From contig JAWDOO010000003.1 of assembly GCA_046533775.1 (NCBI GenBank), positions 1 through 32,000 on the forward strand: a stretch of 32,000 nucleotides of DNA. The letters are read 5' to 3'. The first letter of the stretch is position 1. Each line of letters begins with the position of its first letter. The notes below the pieces were generated by a model that did not search any database, was not told the DNA's origin, and saw nothing but the letters and a program-made list of their open reading frames with translations. Below are positions 1 to 7,032 of this stretch, in pieces. The DNA comes from Candidatus Nanopusillus sp. Lineage in GTDB: Archaea; Nanobdellota; Nanobdellia; Nanobdellales; Nanobdellaceae. The position numbers and the translations under genes are program-made.

Positions 1-927
1 TCATATAATAGTACTCCAAATATATATTCATGGTATGAAGGACAATTAAATTATAATGGAGTTACATGTGATGTATGGTGGATAAATTTACCAAATGGAA
101 TTCCTGCTAATTCAAATGTAATAATATATATGAATATAGGATCTAATAATACTAATTATTATTCTCAATATTATCCATATGTAGGTGTTTCTCCTCAAGT
201 AATCTCAGGATATGATAATGGTAATTATACATTTATAGCATATGGATATTTTGATAATACATTTGATGGATGGAGTGAATATGTTTATTCAGGATCTTTT
301 TCTCCTACAGCAACTTCAAATGGTATTGAAATGATAAACAATCAGGGAGGAGAAGGTACATATATTTTACCTCCAAATAATGGAAATATTCCAGAAATAC
401 CTTTAATTGTTGAGGAGGCTTGGTATTATACTTCGTATGCAGATGCAAATACTATATCTTTATTTGGGAATACAAATAATCAAGTAGATGTAACTAATGT
501 AGGAGGTACGGATGGTGGTTCCACACCAGCATCTAGTTCATCTACATTTGTACAATTTGAATATTGGCCTGGTGGTCCAGCAACATACCTAAAATCTGCA
601 GTAACAAATGGTATATTAAATCAAACATCTTTCCCAACATCTGGTGGAACGGTTTATTCATATTTAATTGTTAATTCATCTTATGCACAAACAGGATATT
701 ATATTTATAATTCTAATCAAGTATGGGTTCCTTTAACATTATTAGATACATATAATATAAATTCTAATAGATATACATATTCTAATTTAAATTATAATCC
801 TTTCCAATATGGGACATTAGAAATTGGTGCGGGAACTGGTGGAGCTGCTTCATATCAGTATGTTGAATGGGTAATAGCTAGAGCATATCCTCCAAATGGT
901 GTAATGCCTTCTATTTATATTAGCTAA
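1..927 (+). CDS. Surface/extracellular protein, DUF2341-like plus LamG/ConA-like domains, paralog A (5'-partial; the gene begins upstream of the window)
   Basis: Frame 1 is open from nt 1 (SYNSTPNIYSWYEGQLNYNGVTCDVWWINLPNGIPANSNVIIYMNIG...). It aligns with residues ~104 onward of the 3487..4665 product, so the track's Met at 130 is internal. The block 'WYEG..CDVWW(I/V)NLPNGIPANSNVIIYM.IG' resembles the DUF2341 core. 'NTFDGW' and the C-terminal 'YVEWV(I/V)ARAYPPNGVMPS' resemble LamG-type tails. The product is N/S/T/Y-rich. Confidence 0.75.
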   Translation, partial: SYNSTPNIYSWYEGQLNYNGVTCDVWWINLPNGIPANSNVIIYMNIGSNNTNYYSQYYPYVGVSPQVISGYDNGNYTFIAYGYFDNTFDGWSEYVYSGSFSPTATSNGIEMINNQGGEGTYILPPNNGNIPEIPLIVEEAWYYTSYADANTISLFGNTNNQVDVTNVGGTDGGSTPASSSSTFVQFEYWPGGPATYLKSAVTNGILNQTSFPTSGGTVYSYLIVNSSYAQTGYYIYNSNQVWVPLTLLDTYNINSNRYTYSNLNYNPFQYGTLEIGAGTGGAASYQYVEWVIARAYPPNGVMPSIYIS

Positions 928-978
928 ATTTTCTTCATTTAAATAAATTTTTTATTTTTTATAACATCTATTTAGTTT

Positions 979-1575
979 ATGATAGTAATTGTCGTAGGAG
1001 TACCTGGTGTTGGAAAAACTTCAATAATTAATGAAGCTAAAAAATATTTAAAATATGAATTTAAAGTTGTAAATACTGGAGATATAATGTTTGAATTAGC
1101 AAAAGAAAAATACAATATAAATAACAGAGATGAAATAAGAAAAAAATTAACATTTGAACAACAAAAAGAAATACAAAAGGAAGCAATTAAAAGAATAAAA
1201 GAAATAGAAAAAGATAGTGATATAATTTTAGATACGCATTTAGTAATAGAATCATATGAGGGATATATTCCTGGCATGTTAAAAGAATATTCAGAAATTT
1301 TAAGACCAGATGGGATTGTTGTAATAATATCAGATCCAGATAAAATTTTTGTTAGAAGATTAAAAGATATGCAAATAAGAGGAAGGGATATAGAAAATTT
1401 AAAAAGAATCGAAATTCAACAAAATCTAACAATATATTTTACTACAATATTTATGTTTGAATATAATACAATAGTAGAAGTAATAAATAATGAAGAGGGA
1501 TTATTAGAAGAATCTGCAAAAAAATTTGCAGAATTTTTAAATAAATTAAAGGAAAGTAAATTAAAAAATAAATAA
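979..1575 (+). CDS. adkA: Adenylate kinase, archaeal type
   Basis: 198 aa. It has the N-terminal P-loop 'IVVVGVPGVGKTSI' and a 'DTHLVI' block, and length and layout are typical of archaeal AdkA. Confidence 0.88.
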   Translation: MIVIVVGVPGVGKTSIINEAKKYLKYEFKVVNTGDIMFELAKEKYNINNRDEIRKKLTFEQQKEIQKEAIKRIKEIEKDSDIILDTHLVIESYEGYIPGMLKEYSEILRPDGIVVIISDPDKIFVRRLKDMQIRGRDIENLKRIEIQQNLTIYFTTIFMFEYNTIVEVINNEEGLLEESAKKFAEFLNKLKESKLKNK

Positions 1576-1639
1576 TCATTTTTTATAATTTAGTATATAT
1601 TATATCCAACTTTAATTAAATTTCTATCTAATATTTTTT

Positions 1640-1660
1640 ATATTGGTTTGGAACCAATAT
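1640..1660. terminator. Perfect hairpin (9-bp stem, 3-nt loop) between convergent adkA and tRNA-Leu; possible bidirectional 3'-end element
   Basis: The sequence aTATTGGTT-TGG-AACCAATAt is preceded by a T6 run (1635..1640). It lies downstream of both the + strand adkA and the - strand tRNA-Leu. Confidence 0.2.
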
Positions 1661-1684
1661 TAGTAAGATAAAATTGAATATTAA

Positions 1685-1767
1685 TGGACCCGCGGGGATT
1701 TGAACCCCGGAAGGATCTCTCCAATCGGACCTGAACCGACCCCCTTTGGCCTCTCGGGCACGGGTCC
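1685..1767 (-). tRNA. tRNA-Leu (anticodon CAG), class II with long variable arm, no encoded CCA
   Basis: The reverse complement folds by hand as GGACCCG TG CCC GAGAGGCCAAA GGG G GTCGG TTCAGGT CCGAT TGGAGAGATCCTTC CGGGG TTCAAAT CCCCG CGGGTCC A. The acceptor stem is a perfect 7 bp, with U33 and anticodon C34-A35-G36. It is a GC-rich island in AT-rich DNA. Confidence 0.93.
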
Positions 1768-1803
1768 ATAATTTAATATAGTTTAAAGAATTATTTATCT
1801 TAT

Positions 1804-3330
1804 ATGATCAGAGTATTGTTTATAGATTTATATAAAAAAGAATCAAGAAATTATATAACTGATTCAAAAACATTAGATTACTCAATTGATTTGCATTTTG
1901 ATTATAAAACATATGAAAAAGATCCATTTGAAAATAATTTAACAATATTTTCTGTTGGACATCAAAAAAATAAAGATAATATAAATTCATTAATTATTTA
2001 TAGATCTCCAATAACTGGTTCTTTAGATATTAATTTATCTTCTTTTGGTAAGTATATTAAATTAACGGGTAATGATATAATAGTTTTATATGGAAAATTG
2101 GATAAAAAATATTTTTTAATTATAGAAAATGATAATGTTATATTTTTAGAAAATGATATATCTGAAGATATATATAAAAGAAAGGAAGAGTTATACAATA
2201 ATTTAAAAGATATATATGGTGGGAAAGATTTTATTATTTTATTAAATGGATTAGGATCAAAATTTACAATATATGGTAATTTAATCATATTTGAAAATAA
2301 TAAAATAAAAGTTACAAAAGGTGGAATTGGATCAGTATTATATAGATATCATAATATATCCGGTTTATCAATTGGAGGAGATAATAAAATTGAAAATAAA
2401 AGATTAGATATAGAATTAATAGAAGAAGAAAAAGAATCAATAAAAGATTTTTATCAATCTATACCAGATAAAATTCCAATTTTAAATTATAAAAATATAT
2501 ATTTATCTGAAGAGGAAAATAAAAAAATATTTGATGATTATATTTATCCTTTAGTTAATAATTTAAAGAAAGAATATCCATATGAACCATTTAATATTTT
2601 AGGACCATTTTTAGGAATATTAAATGAAGAATACATAAAAGATCTAATCGATTTATCAAATAGATATGGTTTAGATACATTATATTTAGGATATATTTTA
2701 GGAACAATTTTAGAAGGGTTATATATTGGAAAAGTATCAATTAAAGATTTAAATAAATCATTATTTGATTTTAATAATTTAGATAAATCTTCAGAAATAA
2801 ATTATAATATTGCAAAATATTTAATAGAAAAGGATGCATATGGAGAATTATCATTATTGGGAAAAGATATAAGATATATTTCTAATTTATTTGATTTAAA
2901 TGATATATCAGTTTATATTCCATTTAATAATAAAAGTTCTGCAATATTTAATCCATATATTTCTTTAGGATTATTTTTACCAAATTTAATATATGATAAG
3001 TATTTTTCAGATTATTTAATGAATGTAATGAATCCAGTTGAATATTCAGGATTTAATTTTGGAAAATTTGAATCAACATATGAAATAAATAATGTAGATA
3101 ATGTTGAAAATATTGGATTAAATGTAAAAAGGGAAAAAAGATTTTCTAAGATATTTGAATATCATAAATTGACCAATTCAATTCCCGATAAAAATTATCC
3201 AAAAAGATTGATAGATATATATAATAAAATAGCAAAGAAATATAATATAAATTATACATTTGATCAATACTTTGATGAATATTTTAATTCATATCAAGAA
3301 ATAATATACAATAAAGCCCCCGTAGTGTAG
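1804..3330 (+). CDS. Aldehyde:ferredoxin oxidoreductase (AOR)-family-like protein, cysteine-free (probable non-catalytic relic)
   Basis: 508 aa. Similarity to AOR is collinear, judged from memory of Pyrococcus AOR. 'YRSPITGSLDINLSSFGKYIKLTGNDIIVLYGKLDKKYFLIIENDNVIFLEND' matches the N-terminal domain (SPLTG..G.fG.ELKfAGYDaIvveGka.kPvYlyI.d..v.i.dA). 'TKGGIGSVLYRYHNISGLSIGG' matches 'GRGGVGAVMGSKNLKAIAV.G', and 'YGLDTLYLGYILGTILEGLY' matches 'LGLDTISTG...A.ELYEKG'. The translation has no Cys residue. The last 15 nt overlap tRNA-Arg. Confidence 0.6.
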   Translation: MIRVLFIDLYKKESRNYITDSKTLDYSIDLHFDYKTYEKDPFENNLTIFSVGHQKNKDNINSLIIYRSPITGSLDINLSSFGKYIKLTGNDIIVLYGKLDKKYFLIIENDNVIFLENDISEDIYKRKEELYNNLKDIYGGKDFIILLNGLGSKFTIYGNLIIFENNKIKVTKGGIGSVLYRYHNISGLSIGGDNKIENKRLDIELIEEEKESIKDFYQSIPDKIPILNYKNIYLSEEENKKIFDDYIYPLVNNLKKEYPYEPFNILGPFLGILNEEYIKDLIDLSNRYGLDTLYLGYILGTILEGLYIGKVSIKDLNKSLFDFNNLDKSSEINYNIAKYLIEKDAYGELSLLGKDIRYISNLFDLNDISVYIPFNNKSSAIFNPYISLGLFLPNLIYDKYFSDYLMNVMNPVEYSGFNFGKFESTYEINNVDNVENIGLNVKREKRFSKIFEYHKLTNSIPDKNYPKRLIDIYNKIAKKYNINYTFDQYFDEYFNSYQEIIYNKAPVV

Positions 3331-3390
3331 CCAGGACAACATTCCGGGCTTCGGTCCTGGAGATCGGGGGTTCGAATCCCCTCGGGGGCA
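3316..3390 (+). tRNA. tRNA-Arg (anticodon UCG), no encoded CCA
   Basis: The hand fold is GCCCCCG TA GTGT AGCCAGGACA ACAT T CCGGG CTTCGGT CCTGG AGATC GGGGG TTCGAAT CCCCT CGGGGGC A. It is 75 nt with anticodon loop C-U-U34-C35-G36-G-U. Confidence 0.93.
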
Positions 3391-3486
3391 TTTAAAATTA
3401 TACTTTTTACTTCGGGTATTGACAAATTTTATTTAAAATATCTTTAATCATTAAATATTTATAAATTAAAAATAGATACGATATAT

Positions 3487-4665
3487 ATGAAGTCTATTTC
3501 TTTGAAAACAGCAGCAATATTATTGATTGTTATGATAGTTATAATTGCTGGGATATACTATGGGTATAATATATTAAACAACGCAATATATGTTTCTTTT
3601 AATTCTAATAATTATCAAATAACAATATATAATACTCAAAACATCTCTACTCCTTCTCCATTTCAACAAGATATTGCAATATGTAATGGAACATTAAATA
3701 TTGGTAATAACTTTGCATATGTAAATAATCCAACAATATTTAATCAAATAAATCTAAATGGTCAGAATGTATTATTCTTTAATTCAAATAGGCAATTACT
3801 TTATTCATGGTATGAAGGTCAATTAATTAATGGAAGTACATATTGTGATGTTTGGTGGGTAAATTTACCTAATGGAATTCCCGCCAATAGTAATGTAATA
3901 ATATATATGCATATAGGTAATAGTAGTGATAATTATTATTCACAATATTATCCATATATTGGTGCTTCTCCTCAAGTAATCTCAGAATATGATAATGGTC
4001 AAGATGTATTTATAGCATATGGATATTTTAATAATACATTTGATGGATGGAAAGGATATTCTTATTTAGGACCTGCTCCTACAGTAACTCCAGATGGTAT
4101 TGAAATACCTTCTATTATGGGAGGAAGTGCTTATATCTTGCCTCCCAACAATTGGAATATTCCAGAAATACCTTTAATTGTTGAGGAGGCTTGGTATTAT
4201 AATTTGGGTATAGAGGCAAATGGAATATCATTATTTGGAGATACTAATAACCAACTATTCTTTTTTACTCTTATATCTAATTTATCTACATGTTCATGTT
4301 TTTCCTCTTTTTATGGAAGAATTTATTTAACGTCTGCAGTAACATATCTAGTTTTAAATTCTACGGCATCTTATTTGTTATCTGAAGGAACAATTTATTC
4401 CTATTTAATAGTTAATTCTACATATGCTCAAACAGGATATTATATTTATTCTCCTTTTAGTTTTACATGGGCTCCATTAACATTATTAGATACATATAGT
4501 ATAGATAATAACGGATATACATACGCTAATTTGAATTATAATCCTTATCAATATCCAACATTGGAAATAAGTATGAGTAGATTTGGTGGTACTCAATATG
4601 TAGAATGGGTAGTTGCTAGAGCATATCCTCCAAATGGTGTAATGCCTTCAACTTATATTAGTTAA
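3487..4665 (+). CDS. Membrane-anchored surface protein, DUF2341-like plus LamG/ConA-like domains, paralog B (full length)
   Basis: 392 aa. It has an N-terminal hydrophobic anchor or signal (KTAAILLIVMIVIIAGIYYGY). 'LYSWYEGQLINGSTYCDVWWVNLPNGIPANSNVIIYMHIGN' and the tail 'YVEWVVARAYPPNGVMPSTYIS' are shared with 1..927. Identical nucleotide blocks are 385..430 = 4156..4201 (46 nt) and 877..911 = 4615..4649 (35 nt). Confidence 0.8.
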   Translation: MKSISLKTAAILLIVMIVIIAGIYYGYNILNNAIYVSFNSNNYQITIYNTQNISTPSPFQQDIAICNGTLNIGNNFAYVNNPTIFNQINLNGQNVLFFNSNRQLLYSWYEGQLINGSTYCDVWWVNLPNGIPANSNVIIYMHIGNSSDNYYSQYYPYIGASPQVISEYDNGQDVFIAYGYFNNTFDGWKGYSYLGPAPTVTPDGIEIPSIMGGSAYILPPNNWNIPEIPLIVEEAWYYNLGIEANGISLFGDTNNQLFFFTLISNLSTCSCFSSFYGRIYLTSAVTYLVLNSTASYLLSEGTIYSYLIVNSTYAQTGYYIYSPFSFTWAPLTLLDTYSIDNNGYTYANLNYNPYQYPTLEISMSRFGGTQYVEWVVARAYPPNGVMPSTYIS

Positions 4666-4703
4666 ATTTTTAAGCTAATAATTATTAAATTGAATTGTCA
4701 AAA

Positions 4704-5774
4704 TTATACTTTTCTTATCTTTGCAATATAAAAACCTTCTGTATCATTATTCCAAGGCCATAATCTTATTGTATTTTTTATTTCTTCTTCATGTTCTAAT
4801 TTATATCCATTATATTCAGAAATTATTTCAGATTTCTTTAAATTTGGTATTTCTATTTTTTCAATTTTAGCATTTTCTCTTTTAGATAATAAATAATCTA
4901 TTACAAATTCATTTTCTAATGGTTCAACAGAACATGTAGAATAAACTAAAATTCCATTATCCTTTAATAAATCAAAGGCAGTTAATAATAATTTCTTTTG
5001 TAAATTTGCTAATCTATTTATTGTATCTTCATTCCATATCTTTAATGTTTTATATGATTTCCTTATTGCACCAGTTCCGGAACATGGAGCATCTAATAAG
5101 ATTTTATCAAATTTTAAATTTAACTTATATAATTTTCTTCCATCCATCATTGTTACAATTGTATTTATTACACCCATCTTTTGTAAATTTTCACTTAACG
5201 CTTTAATTCTATCAATGGATATATCATTTGCAATTATCAATCCTTCATTTTCCATATGCATTGCAATCTGTGTTGTTTTAGAACCTGGTGCTGCTGCTAC
5301 ATCTAAAACTAAATCATCTTTTTTTAAATCCAATGCTAAAGGTGGTATCATTGATGCAGCTTCCTGTGGATAATAATATCCCAATTGAAATTCTATAGTA
5401 TTTCCAATATCTCTTCTTTTTCCCCTTATCCAAAATCCATATTTATAGAAAGGTATTCTTTCAATTTCCCATCCATATTCTTTTAATCTTGATAATATTT
5501 CTTTTGCATTTATATTTAAATTAAAAGGATTTTGTTTTAAATTATATAAATTATCAATTTTTTTAGATATTTCTTTTAATTCCTTTTCTTTTAAATGATC
5601 TTGTTTTGATAATAATATTTCTTTTAAGTTTTCAAAATTTATATTATCTTTTACTTTTATTGTATTAATTCTTATAGATTTCTTTAATAATTTAAAAGAC
5701 CATTCTAAAAATAATTCATATTTATCTCCTAATAATTCTTTAAAATGTTCCTCAAAACTCTTTTTAATTATCAT
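4704..5774 (-). CDS. RNA (cytosine-C5)-methyltransferase, NOL1/NOP2/Sun (RsmB/Trm4) family
   Basis: 356 aa. It carries the SAM-binding motif 'VLDVAAAPGSKTTQIA', motif IV 'LLDAPCSGTGAIRK' and motif VI 'LVYSTCSVEPLENE', which contain the two catalytic Cys of m5C RNA methyltransferases. Confidence 0.9.
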   Translation of the reverse strand: MIIKKSFEEHFKELLGDKYELFLEWSFKLLKKSIRINTIKVKDNINFENLKEILLSKQDHLKEKELKEISKKIDNLYNLKQNPFNLNINAKEILSRLKEYGWEIERIPFYKYGFWIRGKRRDIGNTIEFQLGYYYPQEAASMIPPLALDLKKDDLVLDVAAAPGSKTTQIAMHMENEGLIIANDISIDRIKALSENLQKMGVINTIVTMMDGRKLYKLNLKFDKILLDAPCSGTGAIRKSYKTLKIWNEDTINRLANLQKKLLLTAFDLLKDNGILVYSTCSVEPLENEFVIDYLLSKRENAKIEKIEIPNLKKSEIISEYNGYKLEHEEEIKNTIRLWPWNNDTEGFYIAKIRKV

Positions 5775-5822
5775 CAGAAAAATATTTTTTCATCATCTTT
5801 CAGAAGCGTAATGCTTCTTCAC
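5774..5822 (-). ncRNA. Candidate C/D box sRNA with variant C box (weak call)
   Basis: The minus strand reads GTGAAGA-AGCATTACGCTT-CTGA-AAG-ATGATGA-AAAAATATTTTT-CTGA. That is C-like box, 12-nt guide, D', 3-nt spacer, C', 12-nt guide, D. Weaknesses: the C box deviates (GUGAAGA vs RUGAUGA), the second guide is pure A/U, the D box overlaps the methyltransferase ATG by 1 nt, and the first guide sits in a hairpin (AGAAGC-ATTAC-GCTTCT). Confidence 0.3.
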
Positions 5823-5835
5823 TAAAAAATATTTA

Positions 5836-6351
5836 TTATTTCTTATTTTTAAACCTATCTATAGCCTCATTAATTATTTTTAATGCATCTTCTTTTCCTT
5901 TAAATTCTTTAACTTTAACAAATTTTCCAGGTTCCAATTCTTTATAATGTTCATAGAAATGTTTTATTTGATTTAATATTGCTTCTGGTAAATCTTTTAT
6001 ATCCTTTATATTTGAAAATCTTGGATCTATTTTTTCATGTGGTACTGCAATTATTTTTCTATCAACTCCTTCTTCATCTTCTGTTATTAATACACCAATT
6101 GGTCTTGCCCTTATTAATACTCCAGGAATGAATGATTCATATGTAATAACTAAAACATCCAATGGATCTCCATCTTCTTCTAAAGTTTCTGGTATAAATC
6201 CATAATTAAATGGATAAAACATTGCAGTATATAATATTCTATCTACTTTTATTACTTTCTCTTCTTCATCGAATTCATATTTTATATTGCTACCCTTTGG
6301 TATTTCTATGAATACATTTATATCTTCTGGAGGCTGTTTTCCTGCTTTCAT
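5836..6351 (-). CDS. ppa: Inorganic pyrophosphatase (family I)
   Basis: 171 aa. '[16 protein letters not shown]', '[23 protein letters not shown]' and '[13 protein letters not shown]' are the canonical family I PPase signature blocks. Confidence 0.96.
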   Translation of the reverse strand: MKAGKQPPEDINVFIEIPKGSNIKYEFDEEEKVIKVDRILYTAMFYPFNYGFIPETLEEDGDPLDVLVITYESFIPGVLIRARPIGVLITEDEEGVDRKIIAVPHEKIDPRFSNIKDIKDLPEAILNQIKHFYEHYKELEPGKFVKVKEFKGKEDALKIINEAIDRFKNKK

Positions 6352-6404
6352 TTTTATTATAGTTTACTATCTTTTTATAAATTTATTTTTTATAATAAAG
6401 AATT

Positions 6405-6599
6405 ATGGGCAGAATACTTCATGGTAAATTTAGAAGAGAGGCTAATAAAATATTAGAAAAATATTCCAATATATTTACTACAGATTATAAGAAAAATGTA
6501 AAAATATTGGAAGTTGTGGCTGAAATTCCATCAAAAAGATTAAGAAATATGTTGGCTGGATATATAACAAGGCAAATTAAGAAATTACAAAGCTCATGA
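6405..6599 (+). CDS. rps17e: 30S ribosomal protein S17e (eS17)
   Basis: 64 aa. The S17e pattern is present in 'ANKILEKYSNIFTTDYKKNVKILEVVAEIPSKRLRNMLAGYITR'. The stop overlaps the Alba start (ATGA). Confidence 0.88.
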   Translation: MGRILHGKFRREANKILEKYSNIFTTDYKKNVKILEVVAEIPSKRLRNMLAGYITRQIKKLQSS

Positions 6600-6886
6600 T
6601 GGCTGAGCAAACAATAATATATATAGGAAATAAACCATTTATGAACTATGTAACAGCTGTAGCAATGCAATTTACAAGCCAGGATGCAAAAGAAGTTGTA
6701 ATAAAGGCAAGGGGAAGATATATATCTAGGGCAGTAGATGTAGCAGAAGTTGTAAGGAAGAAATTTATGGCAGGTCAAGTAGATATAAAAAGTATAAGTA
6801 TAGATTCTGAAGAAAGACAAGTAGATCAAAGTGGTAAAAAGAGAAGGATATCAAGTATAGAAATTGTACTTGTTAAAAAGCAGTAA
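6596..6886 (+). CDS. albA: Alba (Sso10b) DNA/RNA-binding chromatin protein
   Basis: 96 aa. 'IYIGNKPFMNYVTAVAMQFTSQDAKEVVIKARGRYISRAVDVAEVVR' matches the Alba fold signature (IGKKPVMNYV...V.IKARG..IS.AVDVAE). Confidence 0.94.
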   Translation: MMAEQTIIYIGNKPFMNYVTAVAMQFTSQDAKEVVIKARGRYISRAVDVAEVVRKKFMAGQVDIKSISIDSEERQVDQSGKKRRISSIEIVLVKKQ

Positions 6887-6923
6887 TCTTTTTTATATTT
6901 TTTGATAATTATTTATTTAATAT

Positions 6924-6998
6924 AGCGGGGTAGGGCAGCCAGGAGTGCCCGGGGGGCTCATAACCCCCAGGTCGGAGGTTCAAATCCTCCCCCCGCTA
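6924..6998 (+). tRNA. Initiator tRNA-Met (anticodon CAU), no encoded CCA
   Basis: The hand fold is AGCGGGG TA GGGC AGCCAGGAGT GCCC G GGGGG CTCATAA CCCCC AGGTC GGAGG TTCAAAT CCTCC CCCCGCT A. The A1:U72 pair, the AGCGGGG 5' end and the G:C run closing the anticodon stem are archaeal initiator hallmarks. TTTTATAT lies at -33..-26. Confidence 0.93.
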
Positions 6999-7032
6999 TT
7001 TATTTTAAAAAGATTCTATTTATTAAATTATA

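Noticed and set aside
130-927. Met at 130 as the true start of the first gene
   Set aside because: The frame stays open back to nt 1. The upstream translation (YSWYEGQL..CDVWWINLPNGIPANSNVIIYM) aligns with an internal part of the paralog at 3487..4665. The gene is therefore 5'-truncated by the window.
3487-4665. Paralog B as a pseudogene because its middle segment (about 4255..4335) encodes an odd hydrophobic/Cys stretch unlike paralog A
   Set aside because: The replacement is in frame (78 nt versus 111 nt in A). Both alternative frames contain stops, and the conserved C-terminal half resumes in the same frame. An intact but mosaic gene is the simpler reading.
1-4665. Direct repeats flanking adkA/tRNA/AOR-like as a composite transposon or mobile element
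   Set aside because: The repeats are the coding sequences of two diverged paralogs, not IS ends. I see no transposase, integrase or target-site duplication, and the cargo is core housekeeping.
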